Position numbers and translations under genes: made by a program. A stretch of DNA of 64,000 bases from Octopus sinensis. Taxonomy: Eukaryota. The stretch covers positions 166,098,001-166,162,000 of the forward strand of contig NC_042997.1 in NCBI RefSeq assembly GCF_006345805.1, written 5' to 3'. Below are positions 1-13,497 of the stretch, piece after piece. A model generated the notes under the pieces. That model searched no databases. It was not told the DNA's origin and saw nothing but the letters and a program-made list of their open reading frames with translations. Numbering within the stretch: the first letter of the stretch is position 1; every line of letters starts with the position of its first letter.

Positions 1-2599
1 CTGCTGATAAAACTAGCTTCTTTATTTTAAAAGTTCTGCTCGTGATCTAATATAATTTGCAAGATTGGTGATTGTAGACCTCTCTTTGCCTACGGTTGAA
101 TGGATTAGATGTTTTCACACGGTTTCTTGTTCCTATACCTAAGAAAATCTCTCAATACGATAAATGTAAAATTTATTGTGTTTGTAACTAAGACAAGCTA
201 GGAGGCCATCTGGCCATCTGAGCAAGTAATTTAGTTGTATTTTCTGAACGTGCACCGAGTATTTCTTCTTCTTCTTCTTCTTCTTCTTCTTCTTCTTCTT
301 CTTCTTCTTTCACTTTCACTTTCACTTTTCAGATAATAATCCTTAAAAGACTTTATTTTCTGCAATTCTTATGGGACACTACATTCTGAGACTGTACTTC
401 ATGACGCTAAATCTTGCCACAACTTTGGCCTCTTACTGTACGTTACATATTTGCGTATAGATATATATTTTTTAATGCATATTTCATTGAAACATTTTTC
501 CATTGAGATACCATCAAGGGATCTATTTTTTTTTTCATTTGCAAAATATGCATTTTTTAAAAGACAGTAAAAAATCTGTAAATCGGCCATAATAATGTAG
601 CCTTCCAGTCTCATTGTTTTGAATGTATGATGTTGTAGAGAAACAAAATGGAGAAAAAAGTTACAGAGGTTTAAAAATCGAAATAACTATATTTTTAGCC
701 AATAGCGAGACAGAAATTTTCTGCGTTTAGCAGAGCGGTGTCAACTTTAAGATTGTACGCTGTGGAATTTAGAGCCTGACCTGTTCATTGTAGGTTTCTA
801 AATAAACAGAAATACCTAATAAAATCAACATGTGTCATCATACTGTTTCTTTTATCTCTTCACTGATTGTATGGTTTTATTATTTTTTTTAATTTCTTAT
901 ATTAATATATTTGTCTGCATCTGTTTACTTTATGCGTATTTCAGTATTATGTATACCTGTCATGTATTTGTGTACATTATTAATATATTATAGGTGCATG
1001 TGGATGTATGTATTCATATATAAGTTTATATGTACATTTATGCATTCGTGTGTGTGTGAAGGGGATGCCTGTCTCCAAAACTACAAAGTAACGTATTCAA
1101 GCTTGGATTTGTAAACTACGATAAGAATAAATCTGGTCAAGAAAGAATTTGTCCCAAGAAAAAGGATACCTGTATCTCATATGTTTTTGCACGCAGAATT
1201 CAAAAATAATGTCAAATTATCTGTATCACATTCAATTTCTCTCTTCCACGATATCTCTCTCAGTTCCTGTTACGTGGGCTAAATTTCAGTTAAGCTGTTG
1301 AAATGTAAAAGCAACGGTTTAAGAAATACTCCTAATTTAAATTTTTATGAACAGAATTAACCTAGTGAAATCATAAATCCAGCTGAGTTTATGAGTCCCA
1401 AAAATATATGAAATAAGAAATATGTAAAAATGCTAACATACAGAAAAAAGCACAGAAAAATACTAACACACAGAAGCACAGAAAGATATGTAATATACTA
1501 TCCAACACACAGAAAAATTAAAACAAAACACGCGGGTGAAAAGTATCTTGTAGTGTGAAGAATTAAGTGGGAAAAATCAACATAGACCACAGCGGTACAG
1601 ACAGCAGTGAACCACAACACAGCGTGTGGTTAGCATGGTAACAAGCTGCTTATGCCATGCTGTCTGTTAATTGGCTCGATTTTCCCAAAATTTAATGCCA
1701 AATAACATCAGATTCTTTAATTTACGAGATAAAGTAATTGGTTGGTCGTAATCAAAATTCAGAGTCGCATCGATACACGAAAATTAAAAGCAATCTGAGC
1801 AAAATTAAGTGGGGCACATTTTGCAAATGAGAAAGACTTAGATCCTCATCAAGCCGCACATTGAGAAATAATGGACATCAGTATGCTATAGGAAGCAGCA
1901 ATATCTCTGGTCATGAGGTAAACTATTAAGTGAAAAAAGTAAAGAACAGCCTAGTCTGTGACATAAAAATACGGTAACAGAATATGTTGACGGTCATGGA
2001 AATGACGATGATACTACAAGAGTTGAAGCTGGGAACATAAGAACAACTAGAACTAGGTGTGGTAGAAGTTATACAGCATTCATTCAATGCGAAATAAGTT
2101 AAAATAACAAGTACTCTGATGATACTGGTGAATGGCCAAATAACTTATTTGATTGTGATCGTCATTATTGGCGAGTCAACGGAAATTTTGAATGCCAGCA
2201 TGTTAATAGTGACTTTTCTTCATTCATATTATATGAGAATGAAAAGACACGCGGGTACAGTTAGACATTTTATTTCATATATGTTCATAAGCCCTGAAAC
2301 AAGCAACATACGGAAAAAAATTGATTATGCCTTTCAGAAAGTAGAGGATGCTTTTCTGCTTTCCATACGATATTATGATCTCGGGATGTTCATCAAAGTT
2401 TAGGGAAGAGGCTTTTATGACTGAACCCCGCCCCCCCCCCAAAAAAAAACAAGCTGTCTGTTAAGACAATATGAACAGTGTCTTGCATAAACAGGCATCA
2501 GTTTCACTGCTAATGCACAGAAACAAGTGAATGTGTTGATTCCCATCTTGTGAAATAAATGGAAATTCAACAAAATTATTGGTGCGCTCTGCTTGAGAG

Positions 2600-3260
2600 A
2601 ATAAATTGAAGTTATCAGATTTTTAACAGAACGGAACTTTTCTTTGTGGCGATGAAACTGTTATTTCTCCTCAAATTGGAAATTTCTTGGGTTTGTTAAA
2701 ATTATTGATCCACTTCTGGCAGAGCATATAAATATTCTTACGAACAAATCTATGAAGCAGAAGTCATAATTATCTAACATAAAATGTGCGAGATTCATCA
2801 ATCTGTTTGAATCGAACATACTGTATCATAATATCTGCGAAGTGAGAAAATATCAGAATTATTTTATTTCATTGGATTCTACTCCTAATATATCTAATAC
2901 GGACTAGGTGACTTTGACTGTGTAGTCAGAACCAGCTGAAAGATGATTTTTGATGTGGAAGGTCATAGTGTCAAATAGATAGTCCAGATTTGAATGCAAG
3001 TATTGCTAATCGCCGTTCTCTTTGTCACAGGAAATAGCTTGCCCTTTATTTTTCGAATCTCACTGTTGATCGTGTATACGATGAACAATTATCGGTTGGC
3101 AAATATCAGCACAGAACAGCAAAGACATTGTTCATTGAAATCACAAACATGGCCTCCAGCCCTTGTTAGATTCATTGACCAGGATACTTCAGGCTGATGA
3201 GATACAACAAGACGAAAAAACGGTATCCCAGAATCCTTTGTACTAAAATTTATTGAGTGT
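2600..3260 (+). mobile_element. Degraded hAT / ZMYM1-like transposase relic
   Basis: Frameshifted peptides GNFLGLLKLL..DPLLAEH and YFISLDSTPNISNTD*VT match hAT motifs (GNFLxLL, D-x-T-P-D). Many stops. Confidence 0.7.
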
Positions 3261-3717
3261 GGTATGAACACATAGTCGTCGTAAACGAGGAGCTGTTCTT
3301 CTATAATAAACAGAACAATCTGTCAGAAAGTAGAAAGAATAGTTATGCAAGTCATCATAAAATTAAATCTGTGCTTTAATACATATGTATATATTTTTTT
3401 AAACTTAAGACTCCTTTACAACATATGCTGCCGACCCCACCACACAAAATTGATTGGGACCTGTTTTTACACATTGTTTTCTGTCAGTCAATTAACTGAA
3501 AATTGTTACCTTTGAACCTGTATTCTTGAATGCAACTATCAACTTCTTTTTTTTTTTTTGATAATTTTAATACATTTGTACAAAGTTAAGTTCCTAACAT
3601 ATATTAACTAAGCCGCAACAAAAATTATGTAGGTCAACATATGGCCAGTGTGTTTGCATATTATATGTACAAAAATATGAGCATATATCATGTTTTATAT
3701 ATGTATGTATGTGTGTG

Positions 3718-3786
<69 letters not shown>

Positions 3787-4297
3787 CATATATATATGTA
3801 TGAATATATACATACATACACACACACACATATATATATAAATATATATATATACACACAAACATATATATATATACGTGGGTGTGTGCGGTGCGAACGA
3901 TGACACGTATGCGTGTATTACGTAAGCAAGGCTACATACAAAAGCACATGCACATGCATACTCACATGTATACATACATACATCATATGTGTGTGGTGGA
4001 GTGTATTTGTCAGTGTGTGTGTGTATGTGTGTGTGAGAGAGTGAGTGTGTATGTGTGTGTGTGTGTTATAAATACCACTTGTTTTTGTGAGCTTATATGT
4101 ATCGACATTAAACACCATTAAGTAAAAATACTAAATCGGCATAAAATATAATTATTACGTTATGTAAGCTGCAAAAACTTATCTTCATTTAAATATCAGG
4201 AATTTAAACATTATTATGAAGACTATTTTTTAAAAATATTTCCCTGCCAAAAAAGAGTGGATACACTCTATAAGAAACAATTAGATTTATTATAATA

Positions 4298-4657
4298 CTA
4301 GCAGTATCGCCCGGCGTTGCTCGGGTTTGTAAGGGAAATAACTATAAAGCATTTTTAGAGAGTTATAGCCAAAAAATGGGAAAAAAATGATGGTAAATTT
4401 TTTTTTTAGTTAAAAAGGTCGAGTTGCGTCTGTGGTTTGTGTTTGTGATTCTCGACCCCATGTCGAATTTATCGATTTTTTTCAGAACTGGGGGAACTTT
4501 TCAAAATTTTCGCTGCGTTAGTTTTGAATTATGACATTGGGCTATGTGTGTGTCAAGTTTCATCAGAATCGGTTGAAAGCCGTGGTCAGTGTGAGGGTAC
4601 AACCTAACAGACACACAGAAACACACACAGACAAACTGCCGTTTATATATAGAGAGA
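4298..4657 (-). mobile_element. Non-autonomous Helitron (360 bp)
   Basis: Minus strand: 5' A|TC start, 3' CTAG|T end, GC hairpin (cccgagcaacgccggg) about 10 nt before the CTAG, no TSD. Confidence 0.75.
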
Positions 4658-5134
4658 TAAATAGCAGAATCGTTTGAACTTCGGACAAAATACCTAACGC
4701 TGCATAGCTGTATCTCTATGTTTCAAGTTCAAATTTTGCTGAGGTCAACTTTGCCTACAACATTTTGAGATCTGTAAAATACAGTAGCAGTCAAGTAGTG
4801 GTATTGATTCACATTCCTATAAGACATCCTAGAGAGGTGTAGAATTGTAACAGAAGACAAGGTGCATGATGAAGCGCGTTGCTTAACTCGCGAATGTTGA
4901 ACCCTGAAAAGAATGCGTAAACATAAGCGGGACATGTACATTTACTTGACATGCTAGAAATAGCACCCCAATCGCACTATAACCATACCTTCTTGTGTTC
5001 CTAACAATAAAAGGATACACTAGATAATGTAACCAAGAGTACACAATGCATGAAAAAAGGCGTAATGGTTATGACTTGAAGGAAACCCTTTGATTATAGA
5101 TCTCTACTTGATAATAATTGACCTAGGTTACACA

Positions 5135-5530
5135 ACGGCACACCGGGCGAAATGCTTTGCGGTATTTCGTCTGCCGTTACGTTCAGAGTTGAAATTCCGC
5201 CGAGATCGACTTTGCCTTTCATCCTTTCGGGGTCAATAAATTAAGTACCAGTTACGCACTGGAGTCGATATAATCGACTTAATCCGTTTGTCTGTCCTTG
5301 TTTGTCCTCTCTGTGTTTAGTCCCTTGTGGGTAGTAAAGAAATAGGTATTTCGTCTGTCGCTACGTTCTGAGTTCAAATTCCGCCGTGGTCGACTCTGCC
5401 TTTCATCCTTTCGAGGTCGATTAAATAAGTACCAGTTACGCACTGGGGTCGATATAATCGACTTAATCCGTTTGTCTGTCTTTATTTGTCCTCTCTGTGT
5501 TTAGCCCCTTGTGGGTAGTAAAGAAATAGG
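5135..5530 (+). mobile_element. tRNA-derived SINE family A, head-to-tail dimer (second copy 5'-truncated)
   Basis: Box B gagttcaaattcc, core tttgcctttcatcctttcggggtcgat...aagtaccagt, tail ...gtgggtagtaaagaaatagg, all present twice. Confidence 0.85.
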
Positions 5531-6639
5531 TTAGACAACGGTAGCAACTATAGTAACTTTATTTCAGGAATAACACGTTCCAATCCATTCGCCTTCACAA
5601 AGGGAATCCTACTTGGATTCTTTTCTCCGATTATCGGTAGAATTATTCGGTGAGTAATAGTGCCCTAGCTCAGAGCACTGCTAAGTAAATACATTTGTAA
5701 TAAATAACAATGATGCGTTTGTCAGAGGGTGTAGGTGGGAAAAGATTCGCAGATGTGACCCACCATCAAACAAAACAGGGATCCAGTCTGGCGAGTAATG
5801 CCTCGAGAGGCTTCCCTATCAGACGGTGCATATTCATGTGTAATGTTTTTACATATGCCCCAATAAACACAGATTTTCGATAGGCTCATTTGTAGTCTCT
5901 GATTTCATCCCACCGAAATAAGAACATAAAGAGGCATTATTTCACATGCAAAGATTTCAAACTCACTTATACACACACGCAACCACTCACACATATATGC
6001 AATGTTCTCGAAGTTGAAGAACGAACATTTGCATCATTGATCATTGTTGAGTCATTGTAGCGATCAAAAACTAGTTATTTCGTAATTACAATAAATAGTA
6101 CATATTATTATCAAAGCTTTTTTGCCGCACGCCAACGACTTGGTTTATGATATTATACTTGTACTCACACAAAACCGAACTCAACAAAGATTAGAAAATA
6201 CTTTACAATCTATTTCAGAATATCTTTTAATATTCAGTTTTTTCTCCGTTAGTAATCTATGTCATAAGAACGATTACTTAGTTTGGTTTGAAAATTTGCC
6301 TGGAAGAGCACAGTCAATTGACACAACCCAACTATTTGATTAGTATTTTATGATTCGCAGGCGGATAAACATCAAATTACATATCGGAAAATGTTTAACT
6401 TAAAATAAAGAGGAGTAGAAGCTAAATACAGGAAGGCATTCAGATGGTTGCTCCTATTCTTCAGACCCGCCCTTATACTAATGAAGATGATTTATAATAT
6501 AGACATTTTGTGCGGAGAACAGTCACTTAAATCGCTCTTCAATATTTCACTGGTACAAGATGAATAAAAAGCAAAGTCGACTCGATGAGACTTGAACCCA
6601 GGACTTCAAATAAGGAGAACAGTTTGGGAAAGACATCTG

Positions 6640-8240
6640 ACAAGGCGTTGACTCTTAGCCAGTTGTCACCTTTTCAGTGTAATATCGACAGGTGGTAAAT
6701 GCTAAAGCGACCGCTGGAATTGTCGGTTGGATCTCTATGGATATGCATGTCCTGAAGACACCCGAAGACCACAAAGTGATTCTGCTTTCTTGTTATTGAA
6801 AGAAAAGCTTGGAGATTGGTGGTGCAAGATGGAAAGTCAGGATACTATCCATTTGGGAGTAAACATTGTTTAAGGGCCTTCTGCCCAGAAGCTGAAAAGA
6901 AAGAACAACATTCGTATCGATAGCGGACAAAAGAAAGTATCAGATTGATTCTCACAATGAACTTGGCTGACAGCCGGATCTTTCCTGCACGCGACAACTG
7001 TTCGACATAATTTCACAAGTTAGAAATGCTCAATACTGAATAAAGGAATCTCTGAAAAGCCTGGCTGACGATATTCCTGACTGTAGAATTTATTCTGAAC
7101 CACTTTTGCTCTCTGCAAGCACTATCAGGCTAAAAATCTTAAAAGTTATCCATAATCTCCGAACAGAAAATCCGCTGAAATTTGCTTTATAGTTTATATT
7201 TGTTGATGCAGAGATCCTTCCTCGGAATTTTGTTCTAAACCTTATTACTAATCCTCTATAAATGTGGAAGGGCTGATCTACCACCAACCGGATTGGTCAA
7301 CCGGTTGATCCCTTTGAACGCTTAGCAATATTTCAGATGACATGTACCCAATTTTGGTATTCACTTGATCGAGAATTGCAACTCCAACAAAGAGGCAAAT
7401 AGATTATATGCCCAACAAACGGCGACAACAACCTCTCACCATTCAAGAATCTATGCTGGTGCGACAGCTTCTAGGCATACTTTCACATCATCAGTCAAGC
7501 ATGTCGAGTCGTCCTTGCAGAGAATGTTACCAGTAGACGAACCTTCAGGCCAATTAACGACGATCGGGTGGTAATAAATAAAAGAGGCGATATATATATT
7601 CACCACCACTGCTACACCTTTTAGAAAGAACTTTCAGCAATTTTTGTATGGGAATGGTTTTACTTATAATCACATCGCATTTCCTAGCTACCTGACAGAC
7701 TTCAAGTATCGTAACAATATGCACAGTTTGGCTGCCGAGCACGTTCTGGGTTGCATCTAACAGTGTCGAATTGTAAGCTCACCGAGTTGCTCTGATTGAT
7801 GCGTGCTATCTCACATTCATTCAGGGTGGTGATAACCGTCCCCATTACGGTGACATCATCCACGTAGACCAGTACGGCCTTCTTGCGTCCAGTTTCCAGT
7901 AGAGTGTCCTTTAGTACCGTTACTATCTGCAACAACTCAAGACCAATCACGTATAGGAGAGTTGAACGAGATCCCCTTGACAGGTTTCCATGTGATTCGA
8001 AACTGTCAATGGATGGCCCTTTAGTACTGCCACCAAGCACATAATCCAAAATTCATTAAAAGTACTGTAGCTGTTCTTTCAAAGAAGTCTTCTTCTGCTC
8101 CTTGCTGAGTATCTTGTTATTTTTTCATAGTCTGTCAAGATGCTGTTGTTTTTTGAGACGACAGTTATATTGAGGAATCATTCGTCAGATTACTTGTTCA
8201 TGTAATGTGTTTTTTAACCTTAGGTCACCTCTGATCAATC
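6640..8240 (-). mobile_element. Degraded L1/Tx1-type LINE ORF2 (reverse transcriptase) relic
   Basis: ORF 7702-8049 contains AVLVYVDDVTV (YxDD) preceded by a degenerate LYVIGLE segment. Flanking pieces are frameshifted. Confidence 0.7.
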
Positions 8241-8698
8241 AGAGCAATCACCGAAGACAGTTCCAATCATGACCATCCCGTCTTTTATAATATGAGGGAC
8301 TATATTTTCGATCTATTTTTACTTTTAAAGATGGTTGGATGTGATGTGAGGGAATATTTTATTGCTACTTTTGTTGTTACTGATGTGATTTTTATGATGC
8401 TTGCGTGCTTTTGTTTGGATGTTTTTGTTACTGTTGCTATTGCTGTTGTTATTATTATGGAAGGTAAAGGCAGCAAACTTGCAGAAAACTTCGGCTGTCG
8501 GAAGAAATACTTTACTGTGATTGTTCCAACACTTTTCGTTCAGAGATCAAATCCTGACGAGTCAAATTTGACTCTCATCCATCCAGGGTCGATAAAATAA
8601 AATACCTATCAACAGCTGGAGTTGATGGTGTTAACTAACCTTCTTGCCCCAAAATTTCTGGATTTGGTTCTAAATTATAAACAATTATTATGGAGAGT

Positions 8699-8994
8699 GT
8701 GGAGGCGCAATGGCCCAGTGGTTAGGGCAGCGAACTCGCGGTTGGAGGATCGCGGTTTCGATTTATTGAGCGAAAACACCTAAAGCTCCACGAGGCTCCG
8801 GCAGGGGGTGGTGGTGACCCCTGTTGTACTCTTTCGCCCTAAATTTCTCTCACTCTTTCTTCCTGTTTCTTGAGTAACGCTGCGATGGACTGGCGTCCCG
8901 TCCAGCTGGGGGCGGGGGGATACATAAGCCACAGAAACCGGGAAACCGGGCCCATGAGCCTGGCTAGGCTTGAAAAGGGCGCATAAATAATAAA
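8699..8994 (+). mobile_element. tRNA-derived SINE family B (head + middle M1 + tail T1) with 12-bp TSD
   Basis: Box A tggcccagtgg and box B ggtttcgat. TSD attatggagagt at 8687-8698 and 8995-9006. Confidence 0.9.
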
Positions 8995-9009
8995 ATTATG
9001 GAGAGTAGT

Positions 9010-9420
9010 CGGTTAGTAGGTGCTTGTTTCTTTATCTTCTTCAGTGACCTTCCGTATGCTAACTTTTCGACTTTTGATAATTGATGACCTATTCTGGTAG
9101 TTTTCTTCTATTTGACACCGAACTTCTTCTGCCCTCTGAACCCTGCATCGCCGCTTAAAAAGAAGTTGGTGAGAACTAAAACCGCTTCCATGTATGATAT
9201 GTATGTCTGTGTTATCAGGAAGAGAAATTTCATCCAAGGATGCTAGTGTAGTTGGTTCCTTCTGTTTGTAGAGTTGTGGCTACGGCTACAGTTGTTGCTG
9301 CGGCTGTTAGCACGAAGACAGTTACTTTCTTTTTGTTTTTCTTCAGAGTAAAAAAAACCCAGCTTCATGATGTTCATGTTATCATATTTGTAACACTGTA
9401 GTCTTCTCTCCTCCAGCATA
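9010..9420 (-). mobile_element. Possible L1/Tx1 ORF1 relic
   Basis: The peptide DEISLPDNTDIHII loosely parallels the ORF1 segment at 46100-46250 and lies on the same strand, upstream of the ORF2 relic. Confidence 0.3.
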
Positions 9421-12019
9421 ACCTGTATTTGCCCAACAGTTTTTATGTCGAAGAAATCGAAAAATTTTGTTTCACATCATCGCCAGATAAGATTAACACT
9501 TAGAATTCTATCTATTTCACATTCTGTCGGAAGAAACGTTTAACTCTTTATCATTTCGACGTTTACCGCTACTATCCGCAGGTTTCGCTTTATATACAGT
9601 CACCTTTAAATATCGATGTCTATTTATGGAAGAAGCACAAATTTCTCAGAGGCACAAGGGATGGTGGGATGGAGTGTTTATTTATATCATCTTCATTAAT
9701 TCATGCACCACTTACCCTTTTACACACTAGAGGCATCCACTCCATCATTGCATACATCTACCTAGCATTTTCGGCTTGCGTCGAAATTGATACAGGCCGA
9801 CTTTCCAGACAACAGAGTAATCTAATCGGTTCAAATTTTTGTTTGTGAACAATTTCACTTACGTCGTTAAAAGCACTAGGAAAGGTATGCATATAATAAC
9901 TAAATGTTTCCTTACTGCATAATTAGAAGAACAATATTTCCCTTTTGTAATTTGTAACTCATTGGGGAAGTTCTGTGGATGGGTATAAGCAAAACCAAAA
10001 TATCACAAGTAGGTAATTTCTTGGTCCATTACTTGATATTAGGTACAAAATATTAATGGGAGGATATGCATTATCATATAAGAATATTTCTCAAGATCAC
10101 AGTAAAATAACATCAAAATAGAATCGAGACTATGTATCTGATTATACGGAACTTGCTAATTTAAGTATCGTCTTAAGACGATAAGTGACAGCTAATAGGA
10201 ATTTAACATGCAAGAAGGGAGTAAGCTATGCGCTTGCTATTTCACTATCATTCCCTTCACAGACAAATAAATTCGTTTATGTATGGCGTAATAATAATTT
10301 AGATCTGACTTCAAACATTTGTCTTTCACTATGCTTTGTTCATTAACGACTTTTCAAGTATATTCAAGTGAAATCTCGCGGGAATTAGAAAGCAGTAATT
10401 AAATATAGCTTTTATAGTCAGATATGCAATGAGCAGAGTTGTTATGTTTTGTAGACGCAAGTAGGAGATGCAGTGCATAAGCCAGTGGAGAAGCATTAGT
10501 GATATAAGTAAATTATTCTACACCAACGGTGGATTAAGTTCCCAGGAAGATGAATATTATCCTAGAGCCTAATCTGGCTAAGTATGAATAACATTAGTAC
10601 TCAGAACATATACAATTCGCCAATATAGAAAACCATTAACATTATACAACTGGCATGTTTTATGAATTTGAAATCCTGTATTCAAACTCAGATGAGCAAA
10701 TAATTTTTTTGATAAGCGATGAAACGGTAGAAGGGTTAGAATATCGAGTGGGATGTTTTACGATATGCTCCTGCGTTTTGACTTCTAAGTTGAAATCGTA
10801 CCGAAGCCTACTTACGAGAGAGACTTAACCCGTGACCCAGTTTAACACAACCTTTTCTCTGAGTACAAGAATTCAGAGCAGGTCTCTGGCTTAAGGATAC
10901 CTTCCTTCTTCCTTCTCACCAGCCTAGTAGGCCCTGGAGACAGCCATGTGTGCTATCCTTCCTCCTGACTAAGCAATAAAAATTAAAGATGGCCTTCAAG
11001 GTAAATCTCATCTGAGATAATAATCTAACTTCTTCACTGAATTGCATTTGTTTGTAGACAACTATGCTATGTTTTCGTAAAGTCTGCTGAGCAAATGTTG
11101 AATAAACAATAAACTTTCTCTTCCTAAACAGCTGCAATCTGTTGCATCCCCTTACTTTAATTTATACAACCTCTTTAACGATATATTTACAGAAAGTTCC
11201 ACAGTAAAGTGTTAAGGTAGGTGAGGTGGTAAATTGTGCCTTCTAAATAAGAGAAAGAAAGACATGTGTTAGACATGGGTACAAGAGGTTGCTAACGAAA
11301 TTTTTTGGCTTCTCAATTTGTATATTACAGTACATCAATATGTGATTGTACCTAAAACAGTTTTATTTTAACATTTTACTTGACTCATAAGAATTAAACA
11401 TAGCCATTCCATGAGCCACTCAGTCAGGCGTTTAATTTCAATCAATGCTGCTACTTTGTTTCCCTAATAAAGACATTAAACAATTATGATAGCAACCAAT
11501 CACATAATTGTTATACATAAAACTAAGTTGACTGGGTGCAGTACTAAAATCTGATAACTGAATATACAATTTGATTTTGCGTTTCTGTTTGGAAGTGTTT
11601 CACATCTTGTTCGTTAACTGTCTCGAAATTAAAAGGAATATATCACTGCTCGATTCTATTTCGATACCACCTAAGAAACTTTTATACTCAATGTAATGAA
11701 TTCTAATTGTTTCAGTTTTACTACTAATAATATTTAGAAATGTATGAATGACACCACATCTCCTTATCTAGAGGAGCTAAAGCGGCTACCAAGTTGAATC
11801 GCTAGAGCATTGGTGAAATTTCTTACAGTATTTCTTTCGTATCTTAACGTTCTGATTTCAAATCCCGCCGAGACCAACTTTGCCTTTCATCCTTTCGCGG
11901 TCGATAAAATATAGTCCTACTCAAATACTTGGGTCGAAGATATCGATTAATCCTTTCCCACAATAATGTTGACCTTGTGTCTAAATAGAAACAATTACCT
12001 AGAGGAAGCCTATATACGG

Positions 12020-13000
12020 CACAAAAAAACAAGACTTACAAAACTTACCCAAATGTAATACCACATTTATCCTTTCAACCACTGATTTCAAATTACATAC
12101 GATCATACCGCACCGCCTCAAAACATACGCACAGCATCTGCTAACATCACGCTCATAACCTCCCACTATTTTTCAGACACAGCTGGACAGCAAACCTATC
12201 ACTACATAAGTCACCGAGAAATATAGTTCTAAAATGATAGACAATTAGGAAGTCTACTGCCTCCTTTCACACTAGCAACGCCAGTGAACACCATATACAA
12301 CCAGCCATCACATTCAGAAATATAAACAAAGCGTGCGCGCACGTTCACACACACACGTTCACACGCGCGCGCGCACACACAAACACACAGCAATGATACC
12401 AGCAGTTATAACGCTTCTGCAATATTCACAGAACACATAAAAGATCGTAAAGAATACAAAATGACACACAAGCATACATAGAGCATTCAAAGATCCCAAA
12501 TTTGGCCAATAGAAAGTTACAATAACAACGGTGTACAAACGATATATTAGAACCATCAAGGATATGTCATACCTGCTTTGGCCCACAATATGTCCATAAA
12601 AAATATATATACTACAAAGAACACAAAACAGCGCATTACCTTTTCTCAAGATTACACATATAAACTGCAAACATAATGAAATAAACATACACAATTGTAG
12701 AAACCTTCACATGCGCAAGGCACAGTTTATTTCGACAGCAAGCTTTAACCTTCATACTCCAGGCAATCCAAATACTAACACATGATCACTAAATGTCCAC
12801 TGAAAGAATTTCGCCCGCTCAGCCCTGAGAAACAAAAACATGTTTTCACAGAAATAGCAACTATATCAATGTCCTCATTAGTCCCAAAATACTGCGCTGG
12901 GGTACACATCACCAATGTTTGTTACAAAGTAACAGTATTTATTTTGTTCTGGCCAAATCCACCTTGTCCGCCTCTACTGAGAGCACTACTTGAATCTATA
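12020..13000 (+). mobile_element. Possible highly degraded Penelope-like element
   Basis: C/A-rich coding-like composition with weak recalled resemblance to Penelope-like RT N-terminal regions. No intact motif. Confidence 0.25.
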
Positions 13001-13023
13001 GACTAACAAAAATACATAGGATA

Positions 13024-13497
13024 GGCGAGCTGGCAGAAACGTTAGCACGCCGGGCGAAATGCTTTGTGGTATTTCGTCCGCCGTTCCGTTCTGAGTTCAA
13101 ATTCCGCCGAGGTCGACCTTACTTTTCATCCTTTCGGGGTCGATAAATTAAGTACCAGTTGCACACTGTGGTAGATGTAATCGACTTAATCCGTTTGTCT
13201 GTCCTTGTTTGTCCCCTCCATGTTTAGCCTCTTGTGGGCAATAAAGAAATAAAAAATAGACAGGACAGGCGAGCTGGCAGAAACGTTAGCACGCCGGGCG
13301 AAATGCGTAGCCGTATTTCGTCTGCCGTTACGTTCTGAGTTCAAATTCCGCCGAGGTCGACTTTACCTTTCATCCTTTCGGGGTCGATAAATTAAGTACC
13401 AGTTGCGCACTGGGGTCGATGTAACCGACTTAATCTCTTTGTCTGTCCTTGTTTGTCCCCTCTATGTTTATCCCCTTGTGGGCAATGAAGAAATAAG
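13024..13497 (+). mobile_element. Two full-length SINE-A copies in tandem
   Basis: Heads ggcgagctggcagaaacgttagc at 13024 and 13268, each with core and tail. Confidence 0.9.

Noticed and set aside
9862-9915. Short hydrophobic minus-strand exon candidate
   Set aside because: Splice signals are ambiguous and there is no similarity to an expected domain.
13024-13110. tRNA genes at SINE heads
   Set aside because: Box A and box B are present, but there is no proper cloverleaf or anticodon arm and they run into SINE cores.
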